A stretch of 63,984 nt of DNA, counting the filler, from Malassezia furfur (taxonomy: Eukaryota), in NCBI GenBank assembly GCA_052055015.1. It is 9 parts of 9 records of this genome, joined end to end, with 100 filler letters (N's around TTAATTAATTAA, not from the genome) between each part and the next. Parts side by side here need not be neighbours in the genome. Positions count along the whole stretch, not along the records: positions 7,336 to 14,556 come from JBQJIT010000506.1; positions 14,657 to 21,809 come from JBQJIT010000508.1; 7 more parts are not named here. One strand, written 5' to 3'. Each line of letters opens with the position of its first letter. Position 1 is the first letter of the stretch. Positions 10,301 to 19,508 of the stretch are shown here, in pieces. A program made the position numbers and the translations under genes. The notes beneath the pieces are model-generated. The model was not told where the DNA came from, did not search any database, and saw only the letters and a program-made list of their open reading frames with translations.

Positions 10301-12841
10301 GGCGCGTGGGTTGCCGTCCAGTGCATATGTCGCAAACCGCAGCACAATCTCGACGTCAAATGCAATTGTCAGGTAGCGTTCTGCCCGGTTGCGCCATAGC
10401 TGTGCGTCGGGGAACTGGTAGGCGCTCTGCGAGCCCTGGATCGCGATGCTCAGTACAATCAGTGCAAGCCACAGGTACTTGGTGTACCCCCAGGCACGCT
10501 TGTATAGCTCAATCGCCCGGCGCCGCATGCGCCGTTTCCTCCGCGCTTCCCCGCCCGCGATTGACGGCTCGGGATGCGACACGATCGCGGCAAACGCACT
10601 GTGCTCCATCTGCGCACTGAGCGACGCAAACGAGTGCGTAATCACCGCGACGAGCAGGTTGGCCAGCCAAAAGTTGAGCAGGATGATGCCAAAGATGAAA
10701 AAGATGCACGCCGTATAGTAGTCGGCGTCAATCATATCGTACATCGTGTCGCTCCATCCGTTCAACGAAATGACAATGGACACTTGCAGGAGCGACGTGA
10801 ATACATTGTCGAAGCTCTGCACATTGTTGTTCGGGTTCGCCTCCTGCTCCATACACAGCTGACCATACGGGCAGATGTAGCCCTTGGGATGCTCGTTCGA
10901 TGACCGGCCGTCAATCAGGACGTGTCCAATTTTGGCACTCGAGTTGTGGGGGTCGTATGAGCCACCGCACAGCTGGTCGAGGGTATAGTTGAAGCCTTGC
11001 TCGTTGTTCAAATCGCCGATCCAAACACACTGCCGCCGGTACGACCCCTTGAAGCTCTGGATGCCGATAATGGCAAACAGCAGCATAAAGAATCCGATAA
11101 AGTAGGCGACGCGCATCAGCAGCGGTGCGACACGCTTGAGTGACAGCAGGATCATGGCCACGCCACTGGGCAGCGCCATGAGCCGCGCACACCGCAGCAC
11201 ACTTACCGCTCGGAACAGGTAAATGTGCCGGTGTGGTGTCTCCTCCGTGTGCGTCAGGCTGAGCGCGGCGGCCACCCAGTAGCACACGATCGCAAGGATG
11301 TCGACGCGGTTCCAGCTGTGTCGCAAGTACGCACGCTCTGACAGCACGTTCACATCGCCCGTGATCCCGCGCGAAAAGCGCAGCAGCACCGTCATACAGT
11401 GCTGCCATGCGCGATAAAATACGGTATGCTCCTCGGACACTGCCCCACCCCACGGTGTGTCAGGCAGCGAGCCGAGGGACAGCGTATTTGCCTGGCCGTC
11501 ACTGGTGATGCCTTCAGTGGGTTTCACGCCTTCGAGGTGTGTCGCTGCATGCGCTCGCGCCGCAGCGCCGTAGGGGTGCACGATGCGCTCCAGCTGCTCG
11601 CGCATCATGCGGTACAAATGGTGTACGGTCGCCGCCGTGTTGCTCTGCATCGAAACGGGCATGGTATCCGCTGCTTCCTTGCTCGGCAGCGAGTCGGTCG
11701 AGGCATTTTGCACCACCTGCACCGACGGGTGTGCCGTCTCGGGCGGGGGCGGATCAATGAGTAGGCCCGACACAATCACGCGCGCGGCCATCTCGAGGGT
11801 ATACAGGGAGAAAATACAGAGCAACACAATCTCCTCGCCGCTGGTCAACATGTCATAATGCGGCGGGTGCGTGAAAATGTCCCGGCTCGACGACACGATC
11901 AGCACCACCAGGTTGGTCGTGATCAACGCAAGGATCACGGGCTCCACCCACCACGACTCGAGCACGCGCGCACACCACACACGAAGAGGATGCGTCGGGC
12001 CAAAGTAGAGCAGCGTCTTGCCCCGCAACCGCGCATGCACCGGGCGCACGTCCGGCACCGGCCCGCTCTCGTCGGGGCGGTCTGCATCCTCCATTCGCAG
12101 CCACGGGCCCTCGTGGGGGCGCTCTTGCCGCCAGGGCATAGAGTCACTAGCAAGGCGCATGCGCTTCTTGGCGCGACCAATCGCCTCGCGTCCGCTCTGC
12201 GCAAGGTCTTGCAGACGCTGCGATAACGTCTCGTGGGGCCGCGGGCCATGCTGCGACTCAGCAGACGGCGTACGCGCCTCTTCATCATCAGATGGGCCGT
12301 TGCCTTGGTCGTACTCGTCAATTGCACTCGTCGGGAGGTACTCGGCCCACCCCGGGTGCCGTTCCTGGGCAGAGAAGCGCTCGGGATGCCGGGGCGACTC
12401 GTCGTTGCGGAGCATATAAGTATCGAATGCATCGCCAAGCACTGACGTCGATCGCTTGCTTTCTCCGTCATCGTTTAGTGGCAGCGATGAAAAACTCTGC
12501 CAGCGTGCATCCGACGTACCGCGGCTGGGAAACGCCCCCATATCTTGGTGTCCCAGGTCGTCGTCGCCGTCGTACGCCTTGATTGGCGGACTCTGCGTAT
12601 CGTACATGGCATCCGCGGCATATGCACCGGCTAGGGACTCGCCACTTGACCAGCGCGTCGGCGGGCGTGTGCTCAAATCCACGCTCGGCGGGCGGTCGGT
12701 CAGCGGCGAGAGGAGCGGCGGCGACGCCAGCGGCTCCCATCCGCCCGCGGCGTCAGGCGCGCGTGCATCCGTTTCAAGACGCACGTTTGGCCGCGCCTCC
12801 GACTCGCACCTTTTGCCAGGAAACGAGGAGGTATCGCGCAT
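7336..12841 (-). CDS. CCH1: High-affinity calcium channel alpha subunit (4x6TM, voltage-gated-like); 3' truncated
   Basis: Four ion-transport repeats with pore loops ISLNGW, FSSENW, VSLEGW and STGEGW (N-E-E-E filter of fungal Cch1). Also YLRHSWNRVD and S4-like RALKAFRALRL. First ATG at 12841. Confidence 0.93.
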
Positions 12842-12976
12842 TACAGTAACAGCCGCTCGGCATGCACCTCTGTGCTCACAGTTTGGCGGTGCTCGTCTGG
12901 GTGAACGCACGTGGCGATCGGGCAATCGGGAGTAGGCGCGTCGCAGGCGTCGAGGCTATGGTACTGTACAGGGGGG

Positions 12977-14436
12977 CTAGGCGTCGGGGCCGGAAATATC
13001 TGGGTAAGCACGCAACGTACAGTCGGGTCGCTCGGCCGCACGATACTCGGACATGAGATCAGCCAGTGTCTCGCGCGCTTCGTCGCTGTGGTCAGCCGTG
13101 TACGACGTACAATTCAGACAAGTCGCCCCCTTGGAACATGGGTTCGCGCTTGTACATCTCCATAAACGCGTTGCGCTTGCGCAGCTTGTCGTACTGGTCC
13201 GCAGTACGCTTAAACATACTCGCGATGCCCGTATGGTTGGCAAGCATTAGCCCGCTCACGCGGTGTGAACTCTCCACGTACGGGCTGCGCCGCGACAAGG
13301 CGACTTGGATACTCGCGGGCCCCCACGGCACAAAGCTCGCCAGGTGCCGCTCACGGATACGCAGCAGGCTTTTGTGCACATCGCGGGGGTCAACCTCGCC
13401 CTGGATGATGTTGAGCACGGACATGTAGCAGCTCGTTTTGCTCTGCCCGGAGATGCTCACCATCCGGTTCTTGGGCTGGAGCAACCGCCGCATCACGTCC
13501 AGTACCGTTGTTTTCATCGTCGCTTTACCCCGGTCCACATTGTCCGAGGTAAACGGCGTGTAGGAGGTCATGAGGAAGTGCAGCCGCGGCGCAGGAATCA
13601 ATGACGCCAGAATGCCGACCAGGTCGTTGTTCATATAGCCAGGGTACCGCAGCGTTGTCGTCGATGCCCCCATCACCGTGCTGACCAGCTGATTCGTCTG
13701 GCTGTAACTGGGGTTCTGCATGTGCAGACGGTCGCTGGCGATTCGGCTAAGCGCGGCATTGTCCAGCACCACGACACTGTCCGCATTGTTCACGAGGCGC
13801 TTCAGCGTCAGCACCGAGTTGTACGGCTGGACAACCACATCGGACGTTTCCTCTGAGTTGGGGAACACGCTGTATGTCTGGATCTGCTTTTTGGGAAACG
13901 CGTCGTTCAGGCGCTCCAGCAAGAAACTGCCGAGACCGGAGCCGGTGCCGCCGGCAATTGAGTGCGTCAGGAAGAACCCCTGTGTGAGTGAGGAGTGCGT
14001 ACGCCCAGACTGTCACTTCCGTCCGCCTCACGGTCGACCATTTCGATAAGCTCGTCGGCAATCTTCTCACCAGCCGCGTAACCTTGCGCCCAGTTGTTGC
14101 CGGCGCCGCCGCCATCTTTGCTACTGTAGATGTTTTCCGGATTGTACAGGCTGCGGTACGGCCCTGCCATGATATTGTTGATGACCTGAACAGTGAGCAT
14201 GCTGCAAGACCTACCCTAGGCTCCAGATCCACGAGAATGGCGCGCGGAATGTAGTGCTCGTCATCCGCCTGGTAGAAGAAGACATCTTTCCGATCGCCCG
14301 CCTGGCCTTCGGTGGCGAAATCCTCGAGCGTGCCATCTTGAGAGATACCATGCTCACGACACAGGTACTCCCAGAATTGTGACCCAATCTGGTTGCCGCA
14401 TTGGCCCGCCTGCAGCGTAATAATCTCGCGCGGCAT
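12977..14436 (-). CDS. TUB4: Gamma-tubulin, 4 introns (14186-14214, 13980-14002, 13086-13110, 13000-13020)
   Basis: [33 protein letters not shown] and DVVVQPYN. The spliced C-terminus reads SEFDEARE..AERPDYISGPDA*. Confidence 0.96.
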
Positions 14437-14556
14437 CGTCTCCGCGCGCTGCGAAACACCTCAACGCGCACGACGCGCCTCGGTGCAAGTCACGTGGGTA
14501 GCCATGTGTCCGGAAAAAAAAGCGGGCCGTCGCTCTTTTCGTACGGCGCACGAAGC

Positions 14557-14656
14557 NNNNNNNNNNNNNNNNNNNNNNNNNNNNNNNNNNNNNNNNNNNN
14601 TTAATTAATTAANNNNNNNNNNNNNNNNNNNNNNNNNNNNNNNNNNNNNNNNNNNN
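14557..14656. other. Artificial contig linker
   Basis: N44-TTAATTAATTAA-N44. Confidence 0.97.
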
Positions 14657-15349
14657 GCCCGCGTCGGCGCCGCGCCCGCGGGGCGGCACACTGTCGGCCG
14701 GAAGCCCGGCGCGGGCGGCGGCGCGCGCGACGAGCGACGCGCCGCCGCGCGATGCGGCGCAGGCAGTGCGCGCACCGCTCGTGTCATCCAGCGGGCTGCG
14801 CTACCTGAACACGGACGACGACGCCAGCTCCGTGATGCCGGACGACAGTGTGCCGCCCGGCGGGCGCGGCGCCGACTCTGGCTGGTCCTCGACGATGCTC
14901 TGCACGGCGTGCGACAGGCTTGCGTCGCGCGCGTGCCCGCGCCGCAGCTCGGGCGACGTGTGCTGCGACTGCACGGGGCTGCCGACCGGCGTCGCGGCGG
15001 TGCTGGGCGGATCCTGTGCCTCGGGGTCGTGCTGCGCAAACAGCGGCGGCACACGGTCGATCTTGAGCACACGGAACCGCGTCTGGTTCGTGCTGTGCGC
15101 CACGAGGTAGAAGTGCGCGCGTGCCTCGTACAGCGTGAACCGCTTCACCTCGCCGAGGCGCTCGAGGCCGAGCGTGGGACCTTCGTCGCGTGTCGGCGCA
15201 TCGCGGTGGGCGCGCGGGACCGACGTGCCGCGCGCACGTCCGCTCGGTGCACTGGACGCCACGAGCTCGGGCGGCACCGAGGCGTCCGCGACCGCAGCGA
15301 GGATGCGCGGGTCGCTCTCGCGCGGGGGGCTCGACGAGCCGGCCTCCAT
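14657..15349 (-). CDS. FIG4: N-terminal part of the Sac-family PI(3,5)P2 phosphatase; frame interrupted at 14801 as assembled; truncated by the linker
   Basis: KRFTLYEARAHFYLVAHSTNQTRFRVLKIDR matches the Fig4/Sac3 N-terminal motif (FTLYET...F(Y)IV......RFRILKIDR); ATG at 15349. Confidence 0.75.
14663..14876. repeat. 34-bp inverted repeat (33/34 identical) flanking a 146-bp segment
   Basis: Arm 14663-14696 (gtcggcgccgcgcccgcggggcggcacactgtcg) is the reverse complement of arm 14843-14876 (cgacagtgtgccgcccggcgggcgcggcgccgac) except at one base. Confidence 0.9.
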
Positions 15350-15455
15350 CGCGGACGTGCACGGACACCACGTGGCGTGGAGGCGCTGGGAGGTTGGACC
15401 GGCGGCGCGTCGAGGAAGCGTCGCTTGGTGCGTGTGGCTCGCTACGTGTCTACAT

Positions 15456-16982
15456 CTAGTACACAAACGGAATGAAGCGGTACGGCACGATCTGGCAGTA
15501 CTTGTCCCAGTCCTTGCCGTACTTGCGCTCGCAGCGCTCAAAGTCGCGGCCACAGCGGTGCGTGAGCACCGCGAGGAAAAAGAGCGAGTAGTAGTACGGG
15601 ATGATGGAGTGCGTGCCCGCGATGGCGCCCCACAGGAACGACTGCGTCCAGTCGGCCGTGTAGTTGGGCTTGCGGAGGAACTGCCACCAGCCGTCGATGA
15701 GCAGCGCATTGCCGTGCTCGGTCTGCAGGTAGCGCGGGTCCTTGAGCGTGCTCCAGGGCCACTGCGGGAAGGTCCAGCGCACCTTGAGCGTGCCCTGGAG
15801 CTGCATGCGGAAGCGCGACTTTTGCGCCATGGACGAGTCAAACACAAAGTGCGCAAAGATCAGCAGCGCGTACATGAAGATGTACGTCGGCGTCGAGAAG
15901 CGGTAGTCGGACGGGTCGTGCGCGGCCATGTACACGATGCTGTAGCAGTACGTGAACGGCACGCCGGCAAAGTTCCAAAAGATGACCATGAAGCCCCACT
16001 TCTCGTAGAACATGTCCCACGTCTGCGGGATGCACTCCTCGCCCTTCGCGCACGCGTTGATGTACAGGCCCGTGGCGAGCACCATGAACGCCATGTTCGG
16101 CGTCACGTAGCCGTACTCCTCGTACTGCTGCAGCGCACCGCTCACGCTGATCAAGAAGAGCAGGATCCACGGAATGCGCACCTCGGCCCACATCTTGAGG
16201 TCGATCGGGCCGATGCGCGGGTTGAGCTCGGCGCCCATGAAGAAGTCGTACACGACGTTGCCGCTCATGCGGTGCGTCTGGTGCGCGAGCACCGCGTGCA
16301 GGTAGGTCGCAATGCTCACCGCGAAGCCGGCGATCATGCTCACCGTCATGTACTCGCCAAAGTGCACGATGATCTGCGTCAGCGGGTACACGCCCGAGAC
16401 GTGCAGCGCCGCGGCGATGAGCAGCGTCGCGTACAGGCAGCCGACCGCGTTGCACTTGTACCACAGCGTCTTGTACCCCAGCGAGGGCACCGGCAGGCCC
16501 TCCTGCCAGAAGCCGGGCATGACCCACGCGAGCACAAACTCGACGAGCATCAGGCCGCCGTAGCCGACAAACGCGCGCTTCGTCGGGTACGCGTCGTTGT
16601 ACACGTGTGCGCCCATGCGCTGGAAGAAGGGCACAATGTCGCGCAGGCTCGTGGGGTGCGCGAGCTGCCCGTCGTAGAACCAGAGGCAGATCCACAGGTA
16701 GTACATCAGCAGAGGGAACAGCGTGATCATCGCCGTGACGCCCCACGGCCCGCCGAACTCGTACTCGTGGTGCGTGTCCATCTTCTTGTCGGACGCCTGG
16801 CCCTTTTCGGTGATGACGATGCCCGGCGTGTAGTGTGCGACGGCGCGCTCCTTGCCGCCGCCGACGATCTGCTCGTCGCGCATGTCGGGACGGCAGTAGC
16901 CGTGCTTGAACTCTCCATCATTCGCGCCCGCGGGCTGCTTGCCCTGCGCCGCGCCGCGCGCGCGCACCGTTTCCTGAACCAT
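15456..16982 (-). CDS. ERG4: Delta24(24-1) sterol reductase (ERG4/ERG24 family)
   Basis: YEFGGPWGV, YDFFMGAELNPRIG, NACAKGEECIPQTWDM, RKPNYTADW, HRCGRDFERC..KYGKDW..Y...VPYRFIP; ATG at 16982. Confidence 0.95.
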   Translation of the reverse strand: MVQETVRARGAAQGKQPAGANDGEFKHGYCRPDMRDEQIVGGGKERAVAHYTPGIVITEKGQASDKKMDTHHEYEFGGPWGVTAMITLFPLLMYYLWICLWFYDGQLAHPTSLRDIVPFFQRMGAHVYNDAYPTKRAFVGYGGLMLVEFVLAWVMPGFWQEGLPVPSLGYKTLWYKCNAVGCLYATLLIAAALHVSGVYPLTQIIVHFGEYMTVSMIAGFAVSIATYLHAVLAHQTHRMSGNVVYDFFMGAELNPRIGPIDLKMWAEVRIPWILLFLISVSGALQQYEEYGYVTPNMAFMVLATGLYINACAKGEECIPQTWDMFYEKWGFMVIFWNFAGVPFTYCYSIVYMAAHDPSDYRFSTPTYIFMYALLIFAHFVFDSSMAQKSRFRMQLQGTLKVRWTFPQWPWSTLKDPRYLQTEHGNALLIDGWWQFLRKPNYTADWTQSFLWGAIAGTHSIIPYYYSLFFLAVLTHRCGRDFERCERKYGKDWDKYCQIVPYRFIPFVY

Positions 16983-17033
16983 GCCTGTGGGGGGACGCAA
17001 ACCACGCCACGCACGCGCCGCCGCGAAGAATGG

Positions 17034-17039
17034 CACGTG
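17034..17039. promoter_or_regulatory. CACGTG E-box in the 93-bp divergent ERG4/bL12m spacer
   Basis: GGCACGTGAC, one of 11 intergenic copies in this window. Confidence 0.5.
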
Positions 17040-17075
17040 ACGGTTTTTGCCGGCGCACGCCGCCCTCCGTTCGCC

Positions 17076-17588
17076 ATGTCGTTTGTTCCTGCTGTGTCTC
17101 GCCGTGCGGCGCTCGCGGTGCGCGCCGCGCCCCTGCGCACGCGGATGTTCTCGCACAGCGTGCGTGTGCTGGAGGAGTCGGCCTCGCCGAAAATTACGTC
17201 GATCGTCGACGAGATCGAGAAGCTCACGCTGCTCGAGGCCTCGGAGCTCGTGTCGCAGCTCAAGACGCGCCTGAATATCACCGACATTGCGATGCCCGCG
17301 GCAGCGGCGCCCGCCGCCCCCGCGCCGGCCGCGCAGGAGGAGGTCGCGGAGGAGAAGCCGAAGGAGAAGACGCTCTTTACCATCCGGTTCGGCGGCCTCG
17401 CCTCCGACTCGGCCAAAGCCAAGGTCATCAAGGAAATTAAGGCGATCAACACGTCTATGAACCTGGTCGAGGCCAAGAAGTTCGTCGAGTCGGCGCCGCA
17501 GACGCTCAAGGAGAACGTCACCAAGGAGGACGCCGAGAAGATCAAGGCCGCGATCGAGGCGGCCGGCGGCAAGGTCGAGCTCGTCTAA
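17076..17588 (+). CDS. MNP1: Mitochondrial ribosomal protein bL12m (L7/L12)
   Basis: Arg-rich presequence, LTLLEASELV, Ala/Pro hinge, KVIKEIK..NLVEAKKFVESAP..LKENV.KEDAEKIK..IEAAGGKVEL. Confidence 0.95.
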   Translation: MSFVPAVSRRAALAVRAAPLRTRMFSHSVRVLEESASPKITSIVDEIEKLTLLEASELVSQLKTRLNITDIAMPAAAAPAAPAPAAQEEVAEEKPKEKTLFTIRFGGLASDSAKAKVIKEIKAINTSMNLVEAKKFVESAPQTLKENVTKEDAEKIKAAIEAAGGKVELV

Positions 17589-19390
17589 CCGCGCAAAAGC
17601 GCCGTCCAGGACGCCTGCCGGACGGGGTCGTGTGCATTGCATGCCTGGATCTGATACCGTACACGTAGCTGTAGCCGCTGTAACGTGTCCTTGCATGCGC
17701 TTCGTTCCGCCCGCGCGCCGCGGTGGTCGTCAATGCTCGCGTCGAGGCGCACCAGCGTCGCGTGGAACGCCGCCCAGGGCGCGAGGGGCGCAGTGCGCCC
17801 CGCGCCATCGATGTCCACGGCGTACGCGAGCAGCGCGAGCGTGTCGCGCAGCGCGGCGTCGTCACTGTCGTCGTCGTCGTCGTCGTCGTCGCGCACGGCT
17901 GCCGCACCGAGCACCTCGGTGCAGAACGCATGCGCGGCCGCAAGGCGGTCGGCAGGCACGCTGGGTCGGCCGGTCGCGAGACCCAGCGCGACGTCGGCCC
18001 GCACGCCGCGCACGGCCGAGGAGCCCGGCATCGCACGCACGAGGCGCAGCTGGTGTGCGCGCGGCAGCCGCAGCCCGACGTGCACGAGCGACGCAACGAG
18101 CGGTGCAGCAGGCACCGTCGCGAGTACGCCCCCTACAAAGTCCGCGGACGCGACCGACGGCGGAAGCGATGCGGCATACAGTACGAGGAGCGCACATAGG
18201 TTTGGTGATGCGACATCGCACGGTATCGCGATGCACGTCTCCCAGAGCGCAAGCACGGCCGGCGTCGGCGCACAGGGTATCGGGGCGCGCTCCTCGGCAG
18301 GCTCAAGCGGCGCCGAGCGCGTGCCCACAAGCGCGGCGTCGGCGCCGAGCGCGCGCATGGCTTGCGGTAGTCTATCCCAAAAGACCGCGCGCACCTCATC
18401 CTGTGTACGTGCGAGCGCCTGCAATGCGACGTGTGCGCTGTGCCGCCGCGTCGTGATCCGCTCGTGCACGAGCCAGGTCACGAGGGTCTCGCGTGGCACC
18501 GCGAGGGTCGCAGCGGTGCCCATCGCGAGGCGGGTATCGAGAGTGGTATGGTCGCGTGCGAACGCGGTAATTTCGGGCGGCCACGCAGGAGACAGTGCGG
18601 CGCGCGACGTGGTCCATAGCATAGGCGGCGCCGCGCGTGCTTGGGCGTGGTGCGAATGCGCTGCGTCGCGCTCAAGGAGGCGGAGCAGCTGGGTATGGTC
18701 GCCGTCCGCAAGGGCGAGCGGCACGGCGGCGTGTGGCGCGTCTTGCGCGACATGCGTCGCATTCATGCGGTGCTGCGCTGCGGCGATTTCGTCGGCGATG
18801 TGCGCGTCGTGCTCGGCAAGTGCGTCGACGTGCGAGAGGCTCGCGGTGTCGAGTCCCTTGCGCCGGAGCGCGTGCTTCTGGCGCAAGAGAGTCGCGATGG
18901 ACCGCGGTGCGTGCGTGCGTGTGGGCGCAACGACCGGCTGCGGGCGTCCGCGCTGGCGCTGCACGTCGTCGCTCGCCGGCTTGGTCAGGCTGAGCTTGAC
19001 GTTGTAGCGAGGCGCGCGCTGCGCGGCGGCACGGCGTGGCCGCTTGGTGGGCGACAGGTCAAGCTCAAGATCGCTCTCGTCGGACGATGCATCGAGCACC
19101 TTGAGTCGCAGCGCGTCGGGCGACACGATGTCGTCGTCGATGTCGTCGTCGGCTGCGGCCGCGCGCCGCTGGGCGGCGGCGCGGATCCGGTCGCTGGCCG
19201 AGACGGGCGACGGGGTGACGGGTTGTGACACTGTGGCCTCTGCCTGGAGGCGAGTGCCGTCGTCCAGGAGTCCACCGACCTCGTCGCCTGGGTCGGACGT
19301 CGGCACCGCGCCGGGGTGCATGCGAGCCTCCACACGCGGCGTGACGGCGGCCGCGAGCAGCGCGCGCGGCCCAGGGGCCTCCACCCTCAT
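17585..19390 (-). CDS. Hypothetical protein (601 aa): disordered N-half, helical C-half; possible Nse6/SLF2-like
   Basis: Long ORF with plausible codon usage that exactly fills the space between MNP1 and CCC2. The start could be 19390 or 19321. The family assignment is speculative. Confidence 0.7.
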   Translation of the reverse strand: MRVEAPGPRALLAAAVTPRVEARMHPGAVPTSDPGDEVGGLLDDGTRLQAEATVSQPVTPSPVSASDRIRAAAQRRAAAADDDIDDDIVSPDALRLKVLDASSDESDLELDLSPTKRPRRAAAQRAPRYNVKLSLTKPASDDVQRQRGRPQPVVAPTRTHAPRSIATLLRQKHALRRKGLDTASLSHVDALAEHDAHIADEIAAAQHRMNATHVAQDAPHAAVPLALADGDHTQLLRLLERDAAHSHHAQARAAPPMLWTTSRAALSPAWPPEITAFARDHTTLDTRLAMGTAATLAVPRETLVTWLVHERITTRRHSAHVALQALARTQDEVRAVFWDRLPQAMRALGADAALVGTRSAPLEPAEERAPIPCAPTPAVLALWETCIAIPCDVASPNLCALLVLYAASLPPSVASADFVGGVLATVPAAPLVASLVHVGLRLPRAHQLRLVRAMPGSSAVRGVRADVALGLATGRPSVPADRLAAAHAFCTEVLGAAAVRDDDDDDDDSDDAALRDTLALLAYAVDIDGAGRTAPLAPWAAFHATLVRLDASIDDHRGARAERSACKDTLQRLQLRVRYQIQACNAHDPVRQASWTALLRG

Positions 19391-19508
19391 CGATGCGCGT
19401 GCGCGGCCGGCGGCCGCCCCCTGAATTTTTGGCGTGGCGCCATCGATCGCCCCTCCACCTACCGTCGCCTGTCCGGACGGCGCCGGATTTCACGAGCGCG
19501 GCGCGACG

